Origin: Candidatus Agathobaculum intestinigallinarum
GTDB lineage: Bacteria; Bacillota; Clostridia; Oscillospirales; Butyricicoccaceae
Assembly (NCBI GenBank): GCA_019119515.1
Contig: DWWW01000068.1
Location: 1-41,708, forward strand
Length of the DNA: 41,708 nucleotides
Reading direction: 5' to 3'
Under the pieces are notes generated by a model. That model ran no database searches, was not told where the DNA came from, and saw only the letters and a list, made by a program, of their open reading frames with translations. Positions 1 to 10,284 of the stretch are shown here, piece after piece (position 1 is the first letter of the stretch; the number at the start of each line of letters is the position of its first letter). Both the position numbers and the translations under genes were made by a program.

Positions 1-410
1 GGGACCACAGCCAGCGAGGGAGGATAGCTGCGGAAAAACTCCTCGGCCGCGTCCAACAACTTGCCACACAATTGCGCAAAATCCGCAGTCAGCTCCGGCT
101 GCCCGTCCATCTGCAAAGCCATCCGCCTTCCTGGCATCCGCTGCATACGGCCCTCATGCGGATGATCCGGGCAGCACAACGCCGCTTCATCCGTCTCGCA
201 CAGCTCTTCCAGCGCCCCCAATACGCATTGCCACAGCTCGTCAATGCAGCCATCGAGCGCATTGCCCCGATCCCCGCAATCGATGGTGATGATACCGTCT
301 ATGTACTCCTCAGGCTTCTTCACGAACGGATACTCCGCCAGCTGTTCCAGCGGCACATACTGCCGCGCCTGTGGTATGCATATTTCGGTCGTGACCCGGA
401 TCTGTTCCAT
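1..410 (-). CDS. Hypothetical protein, truncated by the left window edge (not in ORF track)
   Basis: ATG at 410 preceded by GGAGGAG RBS (411-420). Frame reads MEQIRVTTEICIPQARQYVPLEQLAEYPFVKKPEEYIDGIITIDCGD...LWQCVLGALEEL...CPDHPHE... and stays open to base 1. Confidence 0.7.
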   Translation of the reverse strand, partial: MEQIRVTTEICIPQARQYVPLEQLAEYPFVKKPEEYIDGIITIDCGDRGNALDGCIDELWQCVLGALEELCETDEAALCCPDHPHEGRMQRMPGRRMALQMDGQPELTADFAQLCGKLLDAAEEFFRSYPPSLAVV

Positions 411-423
411 ACTCTCCTCCTTC

Positions 424-456
424 AAAAAAAGCGGCACTCCTTTCAGGGTGCCGCTT
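424..456 (-). terminator. Intrinsic terminator after the aminotransferase
   Basis: Minus strand AAGCGGCAC-loop-GTGCCGC followed by T7, just downstream of the stop at 468. Confidence 0.85.
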
Positions 457-467
457 CTTCATGCTTG

Positions 468-1667
<1,200 letters not shown>

Positions 1668-1703
1668 TGGTTACGCACTCCCTTTTCATCTCTCTATGAT
1701 TTT

Positions 1704-1732
1704 ATTATATGCTCGTTGCTGCTCTTTTGCAA
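1704..1732 (-). promoter_or_regulatory. Sigma-A-type promoter for the aminotransferase
   Basis: Minus strand TTGCAA-17 nt-TATAAT upstream of the start. Confidence 0.7.
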
Positions 1733-1768
1733 GTATGCGTCTGTCAAATTGCAAAACCGCCCGAATAG

Positions 1769-1794
1769 AAAAAACCGCCAATTTCGGCGGTTTT
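1769..1794 (-). terminator. Intrinsic terminator after thiN (probably bidirectional)
   Basis: AAAACCGCC-aatttc-GGCGGTTTT hairpin with A/T tails. Confidence 0.8.
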
Positions 1795-1806
1795 CGTGTG
1801 GAATAT

Positions 1807-2469
1807 TCACAAAGCGCGCGAAAAGTCGCGCGAAAAGACGACGAGCGCACGCCCGTCCCGGATTTCGACCGCAAACGTCCCGCCTGCGGCCGCCTCATTG
1901 GAAATGGTGATCATGCCCGCGCGCGTGACAGTCGCCTCGCGCAGAGGATATTTCGCGTTTTCAATGGTAACGCCCTGCAGCACCGCGTCGAGCGGTACGA
2001 TGGAGAAATACCGGTATTCCGGCGGCATTATGAATTTTTGACAGCCGCCCTCATGCAAAACGATGCGGTTCTGCCGGTCGAGCACGGTCAGGCGCCCGCC
2101 CATCGCGCGCGCCTCCTCGAGAAGCGACAGGTTGGCCAGCTCGTGATCAATGCGCCCGCCGGTCGCGCAGACCAGCGTCGCCTCGGCGCAGCCGCGGCGG
2201 AACACCTCGCGCAGGCAGCCCTGCGTGTCCGTGTCGTCCTTCTCGGGCTTAAGGCGGATGACCTCCGTGCCCTCGATTTCGGGCATGGAATCGCAGTCCG
2301 AGATCATAAAGTCCGGGTGCAGGCCGAGCGCGCGCGCATGGCGCAGCCCGCCGTCCGCACAGGCGATCAGCGCGTCCGGATGTTCATCCAGAAACGCGCG
2401 GATGTAGCCGTATTCGGTTTCCGGCGCTGCGGCGAAAATCAGCGCGTGCCGCCCCTCGTAAGCTCCCAT
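1807..2469 (-). CDS. thiN: Thiamine diphosphokinase
   Basis: ADGG, SDCDS, PEKDDTDT, GGRIDH and ISNE motifs; follows rsgA. Confidence 0.92.
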   Translation of the reverse strand: MGAYEGRHALIFAAAPETEYGYIRAFLDEHPDALIACADGGLRHARALGLHPDFMISDCDSMPEIEGTEVIRLKPEKDDTDTQGCLREVFRRGCAEATLVCATGGRIDHELANLSLLEEARAMGGRLTVLDRQNRIVLHEGGCQKFIMPPEYRYFSIVPLDAVLQGVTIENAKYPLREATVTRAGMITISNEAAAGGTFAVEIRDGRALVVFSRDFSRAL

Positions 2470-3338
2470 TCCTTCAAATCCTTTACGCTTTCATACAGCT
2501 TGACATAGCTCTCGTGCCGGCTTTTGGCGATCTCGCCCGCCTCGACGGCGGCGAGCACCGCGCAGCCCTTTTCCTTGACATGCGCGCAGCCGGTGAATTT
2601 ACACTGCCCGATATAGGGCTCAAATTCCGGGAACGCATATTGCAAATCCTCCGCGAGCACCAGATCCATCTGCTCGGTGTCGAACGAGGAAAAGCCCGGT
2701 GTATCCGCGATATAGCCGCCGCCCTCGATGGGGTGCAGCTCAACGTGCCGCGTGGTGTGCTTGCCGCGCCCGATGCGGTCCGAGATCGCGCCTACCGCGG
2801 CCCCGAACTGCGGGTCAATGCGGTTGAGCACGCTCGACTTGCCCACGCCCGAGTTGCCCGCGAACGCGGACACCTTGCCGCGGATATACGCTTTGAGCGC
2901 GTCGATGCCGTCGCCGGTCAGCGCGCTCACGCGCAGGGTCTGGATGCCGCTTTTGCGGTAGGTCTCGTACAGCTCGTCTCCCGGGTTTTCATCGGTCTTG
3001 TTGATGACCACCAGCACGTCCATGTCCTTGTGCACGGCGATCGCGGTGACGCGGTCGATCAAAAACGGGTCGGTCACCGGCGGCGCGGCCGACGCGACCG
3101 CGACCAGCAGGTCGAGGTTCGCGACCGCCGGACGCACCAAACTGTTTTTGCGCGGCGCGATGTCCAGCAGGTAGCCGGTGCCGTCCTCGGGCTGGATCTC
3201 GAGCGTCACGCGGTCGCCCACGATCGGCTTGCCCACGGTCTTGCGGAAGCGGCCGCGCGCTTTACATTCGATCAGGCCCTCGGGGGTGTCCACATAGTAG
3301 AACCCGCCGATGCCCTTGAGAATGATCCCTTCGGTCAA
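2439..3338 (-). CDS. rsgA: Ribosome small subunit-dependent GTPase A
   Basis: Circularly permuted GTPase motifs NKTD, GNSGVGKS, GKHTT and DTPG, plus C-terminal CKFTGCAH..E.GC zinc site; TTG start. Confidence 0.96.
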   Translation of the reverse strand: MTEGIILKGIGGFYYVDTPEGLIECKARGRFRKTVGKPIVGDRVTLEIQPEDGTGYLLDIAPRKNSLVRPAVANLDLLVAVASAAPPVTDPFLIDRVTAIAVHKDMDVLVVINKTDENPGDELYETYRKSGIQTLRVSALTGDGIDALKAYIRGKVSAFAGNSGVGKSSVLNRIDPQFGAAVGAISDRIGRGKHTTRHVELHPIEGGGYIADTPGFSSFDTEQMDLVLAEDLQYAFPEFEPYIGQCKFTGCAHVKEKGCAVLAAVEAGEIAKSRHESYVKLYESVKDLKEWELTRGGTR

Positions 3339-3354
3339 AAAATCTACCTCTCTG

Positions 3355-5394
3355 TCAACTGAACGTTACGGTCTGGGACGTACTGCTGCCGTCCACGCTG
3401 ATCGTGACCTCATGCTCGCCCACCGTGCCCGTCAGCGGCACGGAGATGCTGCCGAGGCTGGTTTCATGCGTATCGTCATACTGCACCACGCCGTCCACCG
3501 ATACAACGACATGCGCCATATCCGTGTTGTCCGGCAGGACGATCGGGACGGTCGCCGTGCCCTGCTGCGGCACGTCCGGCTCATCCCCGCCGTCATCCGT
3601 GTTGTTTTCGTCGTCCGATGTCTCGGGCGGGCGCTGGGTGATGCCCTTGGAGATCTGGATATTGATCGTCGTGCCCTGATCCACCTGGGTGTTGGGGTCG
3701 GTCGACTGCCAGACCACGGTGCCGACCTCCGCCTGATTCTCGACCTCGTTCACCGAGCCGAGCTTCAGGCCGACTGCCTCCAGCGCCTGCTGCGCGCCAT
3801 CGCGGGTCATGCCGTACAGGCTGGGCACGGCCGCGGTCTTATTCTCCTTGCCCTTGCTGACGTAGATCGTGATCGACGCACCCGGCTCGAGCTCGCTGCC
3901 GACGCCCGGGTCGGTGCTCGTGACCAGGCCGGCCTCGACCTCGTCCGAGTAGACCTCCTGCGTGGTGTAGGTGATCTCGTGCTCGTCCAGCATGGTGGTC
4001 ACATAATCCAGCGAGCGGCCCGCAAAGTCGATCACCTTGAAGGTATTGCGCACCTCGTCGCCGCCGGCCGAGACGGTCAGCGTGATGACCGCGCCTTTTA
4101 CAACCTCGGTCGTCTCATTGACGTCCTGCTGCAAAACTTCACCTGCCGGGCGGCTGGATTCGACCCGCTCATCTGCTTCCTGAATTGTGAAATTCTCGGT
4201 CACCGTCGGGTCAGCCATGACCTCGTCAATCATTCTGCCAACAAAATTCGGTACTGTCACCTTTTCCGTATTGCTGCTGCCGGTCGCGAGCAGGATGCCG
4301 GTCACGATCAGCGCAATGACCGCCACCACCGCCACTGCGATGCCCGCGGCAAGGCCGGGCCGCTCAGACAGCCGCTCGAAAAAGCCTTCGGGTTCGCGCA
4401 CTGCAGTCGCGGTCTCGCGCCGCGGCGCCGCTGCCGGCGCATGGCCTGCGGCGCGCCCCTGTGCGGCGGATGCCTGCGCCTGGCGCGCTGCCCGCTGCAC
4501 ATCGCGCCCGAGCACCTGGGTCTCGTCGCTCTCGTCTACGACCGCGGTGTAGCCGAAGCGCGCAGCCGGGTCGTTTTTCAGCCGCTCGAGGTCGGTGTAC
4601 AGCTTCTCCGCGGACGAGTAGCGCCGCCCGATGGCCGCGCACATCGCGTGCATGACGATCTCGTCCAGCCCCTTGGGGATGCCGGGCACGACCTCGCTCG
4701 GCGCGAGCGGCACGGCGTTGATATGCTGCATGACTACCTGCAGCGCGGTCTCGCCTTCAAACGGCAGCTTGCCGGTGAGCATTTCGTACATCACGACGCC
4801 GAGCGAATAGATATCCGTCCGGTAGTCGATCTTGGAGCCCTTGGCCTGCTCGGGCGAGATATAGTGCACCGAGCCGATGGCCTCCTGCACCACGCGGGTC
4901 TCCTGCGTGGTCGCGAAGGACGCGATGCCGAAGTCGGTCAGCTTGGCGGTGCCGTCGCGCAGGATGATGACATTCTGCGGCTTGATGTCCTGATGGATGA
5001 TGCCGCGGGAGTGCGCATGCACGAGCGCGCGGCAGATCTGCTCTGCAAAGAACACCGCCTCCTGCCAGGACAGGCGGCCCTTTTTCTGCAAATATTCCTT
5101 GAGGGTGATGCCCTCGATCAGCTCCATGACGATATAGTCCGTGCCGTTTTCGCTGCCGACATCGTACACGGAGACGATGTTGTGATGGCTGAGCTTGGCG
5201 ACCGCCTGGGACTCGATCGAGAACCGCTTGCGGATATCCGGGTCCCTGGCGTATTCGTCCTTGAGTATTTTTACGGCGACATAACGGTTGAGCACATGGC
5301 AGCGCGCGCGGTAGACGACCGCCATGCCGCCCACGCCGACCACATCGATGATCTCATACCGGCCGCCGAGCAGTTTGCCGATATACTTATCCAT
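3355..5394 (-). CDS. prkC: PASTA-domain Ser/Thr kinase (PrkC/Stk1 family)
   Basis: GVGGMAVVY, VAVK, H(Q)DIKPQN, DFG and SPE motifs; one TM helix; about three PASTA repeats. Start reassigned to MDKYIGK at 5394. Confidence 0.95.
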   Translation of the reverse strand: MDKYIGKLLGGRYEIIDVVGVGGMAVVYRARCHVLNRYVAVKILKDEYARDPDIRKRFSIESQAVAKLSHHNIVSVYDVGSENGTDYIVMELIEGITLKEYLQKKGRLSWQEAVFFAEQICRALVHAHSRGIIHQDIKPQNVIILRDGTAKLTDFGIASFATTQETRVVQEAIGSVHYISPEQAKGSKIDYRTDIYSLGVVMYEMLTGKLPFEGETALQVVMQHINAVPLAPSEVVPGIPKGLDEIVMHAMCAAIGRRYSSAEKLYTDLERLKNDPAARFGYTAVVDESDETQVLGRDVQRAARQAQASAAQGRAAGHAPAAAPRRETATAVREPEGFFERLSERPGLAAGIAVAVVAVIALIVTGILLATGSSNTEKVTVPNFVGRMIDEVMADPTVTENFTIQEADERVESSRPAGEVLQQDVNETTEVVKGAVITLTVSAGGDEVRNTFKVIDFAGRSLDYVTTMLDEHEITYTTQEVYSDEVEAGLVTSTDPGVGSELEPGASITIYVSKGKENKTAAVPSLYGMTRDGAQQALEAVGLKLGSVNEVENQAEVGTVVWQSTDPNTQVDQGTTINIQISKGITQRPPETSDDENNTDDGGDEPDVPQQGTATVPIVLPDNTDMAHVVVSVDGVVQYDDTHETSLGSISVPLTGTVGEHEVTISVDGSSTSQTVTFS

Positions 5395-5401
5395 ATGCGT
5401 C

Positions 5402-6154
5402 TTACGCCTCCTCTTCCGCGCCGCGGGTGAACAGCGCAACCGTGATATTATCGCGGCCGCCGCCCTCCAGCGCGAGGGTTAGCAGCGCATCGCCCGCGAG
5501 CGCGAGCGTTTTTGCGTTTTTCAGAGTGTCTGCGATCTTCTCGTCCTCCGCCATGCCGGTCAGACCGTCCGAGCACAGCAGCAGAACCTCGTTCTCGCCA
5601 AGGCGCGCTTCAAACAGGTCGCCCTCGACCGTCGGCTCGACGCCGACCGCGCGGGTGATCAGGTTTTTCTGCGGATGGGTGCGCGCGTCCGCCTCGGTGA
5701 TGCGGCCCTGCCGGCGCATCTCCTCCACATAGGAGTGGTCCTCGGTCAGCTGGTGCAGGCGGGCGCCGTCGAACAGGTATGCGCGGCTGTCGCCTACGTT
5801 GAGGATGGTCGCCTCGCCGCCCTGCACGAGCGCCGCGACCAGCGTGGTGCCCATGCCGCGGAACTCAGGCTGCCGCCCCGCGAGGCCGAACACGGTGTTG
5901 TTCGCCTCGTCCAGCGCGCGCGTAAGCAGCTCCTGCCGGGTTTTGGCGTCCAGCGCGCCGGTGAGCTCCGCCTTGATCGACTCGGTGAACACCTGCGCGG
6001 CAAAGCGGCTGGCCACATTGCCCGCATTCGCGCCGCCCATGCCGTCGCACACGACGAGCAGCGCGGTCTGGTTTGCTTCCCGCGCTTCGATTTGATAAAT
6101 GTCCTGATTGGTCGGGCGCACGCGCCCTTTATCGGTCAATCCGAACCATTCCAT
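5402..6154 (-). CDS. prpC: PP2C-type Ser/Thr phosphatase (PrpC/Stp1)
   Basis: NQD, DGMGG, GMGTT, VGDSR, CSDGL and GGRDN motifs; start MEWFG at 6154 with GGAGG RBS. Confidence 0.95.
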   Translation of the reverse strand: MEWFGLTDKGRVRPTNQDIYQIEAREANQTALLVVCDGMGGANAGNVASRFAAQVFTESIKAELTGALDAKTRQELLTRALDEANNTVFGLAGRQPEFRGMGTTLVAALVQGGEATILNVGDSRAYLFDGARLHQLTEDHSYVEEMRRQGRITEADARTHPQKNLITRAVGVEPTVEGDLFEARLGENEVLLLCSDGLTGMAEDEKIADTLKNAKTLALAGDALLTLALEGGGRDNITVALFTRGAEEEA

Positions 6155-6273
6155 GAAAAACACCTCCGTGTGTTTCGAGGGTTCCCGGCCTCCGGCACGC
6201 CAAAGCCCGGGGAAAGCGGCCGGCAAAGCCGTCCGCTGTATTTTTTTACTGGCTGCGCCGCATCCCGTTCGGG

Positions 6274-7317
6274 TTATTCCGCCCCGGCGGTATCCTCCCG
6301 CAGCTGCCGCTGACGGAGCTGGCCGCAGGCCGCGTCGATATCCGGGCCGAGCTTGCGCCGCACGGTCGCGGTCACGCCGCGCTTTTCCAGCGCCTGCTGG
6401 AAGCGGCGCACGGTCTCCGGCCGCGAGGGCCGCAGCGGGCTTTCCGCGACCTCATTGAGCGGGATCAGGTTGACGTGCGCCGGGCGGCCACGCAGCAGCT
6501 TTGTAAGCTGTTCGGCCTGCCAGGGGCGGTCGGTCTTGTCCCGCGCCATCATGTACTCATAGGAAATGCGCCGGCCCGTGGTGTCAAAGTAGTAGCGGCA
6601 CGCACGCATCAGCCGTTCGACCGGGTAAGCGTCGTTTACCGGCATGATGGAGGAGCGCGTCTCGTTGTCCGGCGCGTGCAGCGAAATGGACAGCGTGATC
6701 TGCAGTTTCTCCTCTGCCAACGCTTCTATTTTATCAGCAATTCCGCTTGTTGACAAGGAAATATGCCGCTGTCCGATGTTGATCCCCTCGGGGCAGCTGA
6801 CCAGATGCAGGAATTTGAGCACATTGTCGTAATTATCCAGCGGCTCGCCCGTGCCCATGAGCACGATGCTCGAGATCTTTTCGCCGCTGTCCTTCTGCAT
6901 GAACAGGATCTCGTCCAGAATTTCGCCCGCAGACAGGTCCCGTTTTTTCCCGTTCAGGCCGGACGCGCAGAATTTGCATCCCATGCGGCAGCCGACCTGC
7001 GTGGATACGCAGACCGATACGCCGTGCTCATAGTGCATGAGAACGGACTCGACGCAGTCGCCGTCCCGCAGCCGCCACAGGTACTTGACCGTGCCGTCGA
7101 CGCGACTCACCTGCTTGCGCGCCACGGTGGGCACGGTCAGGATAAACCGCTCGGCCAGCCGCTGCCGCAGGTCCTTGGACAGGTTGGACATCTCTTCAAA
7201 GGACTCCACGCCCCCGTGAAGCCATTTGAAGATCTGTCCCGCGCGGAAGGGCTTTTCGCCCATGTCCGCCAGCGCGGCTTTGAGTTCTTCGATTGTCAGG
7301 GATTTGATCTCTGTCAT
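6274..7317 (-). CDS. rlmN: 23S rRNA m2A2503/tRNA methyltransferase
   Basis: Radical SAM CRMGCKFC, MGTGEP and AACGQL motifs; start MTEIKS at 7317 with GAGGAG RBS. Confidence 0.96.
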   Translation of the reverse strand: MTEIKSLTIEELKAALADMGEKPFRAGQIFKWLHGGVESFEEMSNLSKDLRQRLAERFILTVPTVARKQVSRVDGTVKYLWRLRDGDCVESVLMHYEHGVSVCVSTQVGCRMGCKFCASGLNGKKRDLSAGEILDEILFMQKDSGEKISSIVLMGTGEPLDNYDNVLKFLHLVSCPEGINIGQRHISLSTSGIADKIEALAEEKLQITLSISLHAPDNETRSSIMPVNDAYPVERLMRACRYYFDTTGRRISYEYMMARDKTDRPWQAEQLTKLLRGRPAHVNLIPLNEVAESPLRPSRPETVRRFQQALEKRGVTATVRRKLGPDIDAACGQLRQRQLREDTAGAE

Positions 7318-7358
7318 GGTGTTCTCCTCTGTGATTCGCCCGGAAGGGCGAGGTGGAT

Positions 7359-8220
7359 GCCCGCCGTACATGGGCAGGGATTTCGCGTGCTGCGGCGCGC
7401 CATCTGCTGTTCACCCCTCGTAGGGGCGCGCATTGCGCGCCCAAGGAATGGTGCGCCTGCGCGGCCGGGCGCACACGAGGAGGGGCTCATTTACACGCAT
7501 CTGTGCCGCTGACGCAGATTTACCATGCTGCTGATTCATAACGGCGTATTCGCGGCTATGCGCCGCAGGCACGCAAGAGAGGGCGCTTCGCCCCCTCTTG
7601 CGAATCACCCCCGCCGGGGGATGTTCACGGGTGCCCGCGACCGCAAACAAATTTGTCCACATACTGTGGAAAAATTTGATTTGCGATAACGTCGCGGCAG
7701 TTCGGTTTTGCGCCTGACCCCGGGAGGCGGGGTGCTGTCGATGCAAAGCTTGCTCTCACCGTTTTCGTGAAGGCGACGCTCCGGCCGAGTGCAAGCATGC
7801 GGGCGCGCGATGCGCGCCCCTACGGGGGTGGACGCAGCGTTTGGCGCGCCGAAGTCGTGGCCCAGAATGGCGCGCCGAGTCGTCGCGCCCTACGGAGAGG
7901 TGCTGCAAACGGCACTGCGCCCCTACGGGGTTGCAGCCAATCCCCTGCCTGCCACAATGGCAACCGGGTGGCAGATGGAAAGCGTCACTTACCTTTACGC
8001 GCGCAGCGCGTCCTAAAGGGAATGGGGTTGATTGGCAAGAAGGGGAAAACCGCAGGTGTTCCCCTTCTTGTCCGCAGTGCGGCCGCGCAGGCCGCAAATT
8101 TCCGTTTTGGGAAAAGTATTCGGCAAATGCGCGTCAGCGCCACGGAACGGGCGCGCAATGCGCGCCCCTACGGAGTCAGCGCCCCCGGTGCATAGAATCC
8201 CTGCCCGCCTGACGGCTGGC
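7359..8220. repeat. Cluster of GTAG-type REP-like palindromes in an ~860-bp REPIN-like fold-back insert
   Basis: GTAGGGGCGCGCATTGCGCGCCC at 7420-7442 and its exact reverse complement at 8149-8171. Variants at 7801-7823, 7869-7893 and 7910-7926. Outer inverted repeat GGGCAGGGATT (7372-7382) / AATCCCTGCCC (8196-8206). Confidence 0.8.
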
Positions 8221-8222
8221 GC

Positions 8223-9572
8223 CTATCCCCTCCGCCGCAGCTTGGCGATGAAAAACCCGTCCGTGTCATGTACCGGCGGCAGCAGCGTGACCATGCCGTC
8301 CGCCCGCTCGCCGCACACCGGGTGCGACCATGCCTCGGCTGCAAAATCCGGGTTCTGCGCCAGAAACGCGCGGACCACGTCCTCGTTCTCGCGCTGCAAA
8401 ATCGTGCAGGTCGAGTAGACCAGCGTGCCGCCGGGTCTCACATACTGCGCGCAGTTTTGCAGGATCTTCGCCTGCAAGGCGGGCAGCTGCTCGATCTCCG
8501 CCGGGTCTTTGTAGCGGATCTCGGGCTTTTTGCGGATGATGCCCAGCCCGGAGCACGGCACGTCGCACAGCACCACATCCGCCGTGCCGAACCACGCTTC
8601 CCGCGGCGCGGCCGCGTCCTGCAATTCGGTGCGGATGTTGGGCAGTCCCAGCCGGGACGCGCCCTCTTTGATGCGGCGCAGCTTATGTTCGTAAATGTCG
8701 CAGGACGTCACGCTGCCCTTTCCTTCCATGCGCTCGGCCATCGCAAAGCTCTTGCCGCCGGGCGCGGCGCAGCAATCGATCACCGTGCCCCCCGGCTGGG
8801 GATCGGCCACCGCAGCGGCCAGCGCGCTCGCCGCGTCCTGGATCGTGATCTTTCCCTCCGCGAAGGCGGGCAGCGCCGCCGCATCTCCGCCGCTGCACAG
8901 CAGGATTTCCGGGAACGCGCGGTGCGGCATGACTGTCAGCCCCGCGGCTTCCAGCTCGGCCTGCATGTCCGCGGGTGACGCTTTCAGGGTGTTGACGCGC
9001 ACCGAAATGGGCGCGTCCGCATTGTCCGCCTGACAGAGGCGCTCGGCCATTTTCAGACCGAACTGCTCAGACCACAGCCGCACGAGCCACTCCGGGTGGC
9101 TGTATCGCAGCGAATAATAGCTTTCCTTATCCGGGCAGTCGAGCGCGGGCAGCTTGCCCTGCTCCGCGGCCTGCGCGGCCTTGCGCATCACCGCGTTGGC
9201 AAACGACACCGTGCGGTCGTTCGCGTGGCAGTACCGCCGCACCAAACCGACTGTCTCCGCGACCGCGGCGTGCGCGGGGATCTTATCCATCAAAATCAGC
9301 TGGTACAGCCCCATACGCAGGCAGGCCAGCACCCGCGGCGCGATCTTTTTCAGGCGCACGGACGAAAACCGCCGCAGATACCAGTCGAGCAGCAGCTCGT
9401 TCTGCACCGTGCCGTAGACAAGGCGGGAAGCGAGCGCCGCGTCGCGGCTGGTAAGCCCCGCGCGGCCCAGATAATGATGCAGCGCGCCGTCCGACCACGC
9501 GCCATCCTCCATCATGGCAAACAGCGAGAACGCCGCGGCCTCGCGCGGCGTGCGCGGGCGTTTATCTGTCAT
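8223..9572 (-). CDS. rsmB: 16S rRNA m5C967 methyltransferase
   Basis: NusB-like N-terminus, CAAPGGKS, DVPCSGLG and YSTCT motifs; start MTDKRP at 9572. Confidence 0.95.
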   Translation of the reverse strand: MTDKRPRTPREAAAFSLFAMMEDGAWSDGALHHYLGRAGLTSRDAALASRLVYGTVQNELLLDWYLRRFSSVRLKKIAPRVLACLRMGLYQLILMDKIPAHAAVAETVGLVRRYCHANDRTVSFANAVMRKAAQAAEQGKLPALDCPDKESYYSLRYSHPEWLVRLWSEQFGLKMAERLCQADNADAPISVRVNTLKASPADMQAELEAAGLTVMPHRAFPEILLCSGGDAAALPAFAEGKITIQDAASALAAAVADPQPGGTVIDCCAAPGGKSFAMAERMEGKGSVTSCDIYEHKLRRIKEGASRLGLPNIRTELQDAAAPREAWFGTADVVLCDVPCSGLGIIRKKPEIRYKDPAEIEQLPALQAKILQNCAQYVRPGGTLVYSTCTILQRENEDVVRAFLAQNPDFAAEAWSHPVCGERADGMVTLLPPVHDTDGFFIAKLRRRG

Positions 9573-10272
9573 CGCGTCCCCGTCCTCCGAACAGCAGCAC
9601 CAGACGCAGCAGCTGCGCCAGCGACACCGCGAGCGCGGCGACATAGGTCATCGCGGCTGCGGTCAGGGTCTTTTTGGCCATCGGGTATTCGTCCGGCATG
9701 AGCAGGCCGCCCTCCTCGATCGCCGCCAGCGCGCGCCGCGAGGCGTTCAGCTCGACCGGCAGGGTCACGAGCTGGAACACGGTCGAAAGCCCGAACGCCA
9801 GAATACCGATGTCGATCATGATGCCCGAATTCATAAACAGGCCAAGGAGGATGAGCGGGAACGCCGCCATCGAGCCGAACTGGGTCACCGGGATGATCGC
9901 CGCGCGCAGGCGGATGGGAAAATACCCAACCGCATACTGCACCGCGTGCCCGGCCTCGTGCGCGGCCACGCCGACCGACGCGACCGAGGTCGAGGAGTAG
10001 ACCGCGCTCGACAGGCGGATGGTGTTGGTGCGCGGGTCAAAGTGGTCGTTGAGCTTGCCCGCGACCCACTCGATGCGCACGCCGGTCACGCCGTTCTGCC
10101 GCAGCACGGCTTCGGCCGCCTGCGCGCCGCTGATGCCGCGCACATTGAGCACCTGCTCATAGCGGCCAAATGTGCTTTTGACCCTGGCCTGCGCCCAGAA
10201 CGCCAGAATGACGCAGGGGATGACCAATACAAGGTAATACATATCGAAACCGTAAAAACCGTAATAAGGCAT
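9562..10272 (-). CDS. Membrane zinc metallopeptidase (YugP-like)
   Basis: DHFDP, AAHEAGHA, TLPVELNAS and AAAMTYVA motifs; TM segments. Confidence 0.88.
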   Translation of the reverse strand: MPYYGFYGFDMYYLVLVIPCVILAFWAQARVKSTFGRYEQVLNVRGISGAQAAEAVLRQNGVTGVRIEWVAGKLNDHFDPRTNTIRLSSAVYSSTSVASVGVAAHEAGHAVQYAVGYFPIRLRAAIIPVTQFGSMAAFPLILLGLFMNSGIMIDIGILAFGLSTVFQLVTLPVELNASRRALAAIEEGGLLMPDEYPMAKKTLTAAAMTYVAALAVSLAQLLRLVLLFGGRGRDDR

Positions 10273-10284
10273 AGCTTACTCCTT

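Noticed and set aside
7801-7930. Repeated CCCTACGG units as a CRISPR array
   Set aside because: Repeats are degenerate, irregularly spaced and in mixed orientation across the region; no cas genes.
7411-8212. Short ORFs in the rsmB-rlmN spacer as a possible RAYT or transposase
   Set aside because: No HUH/Tyr or DDE motifs; the repeated ARNARPY peptides are translated REP sequences.
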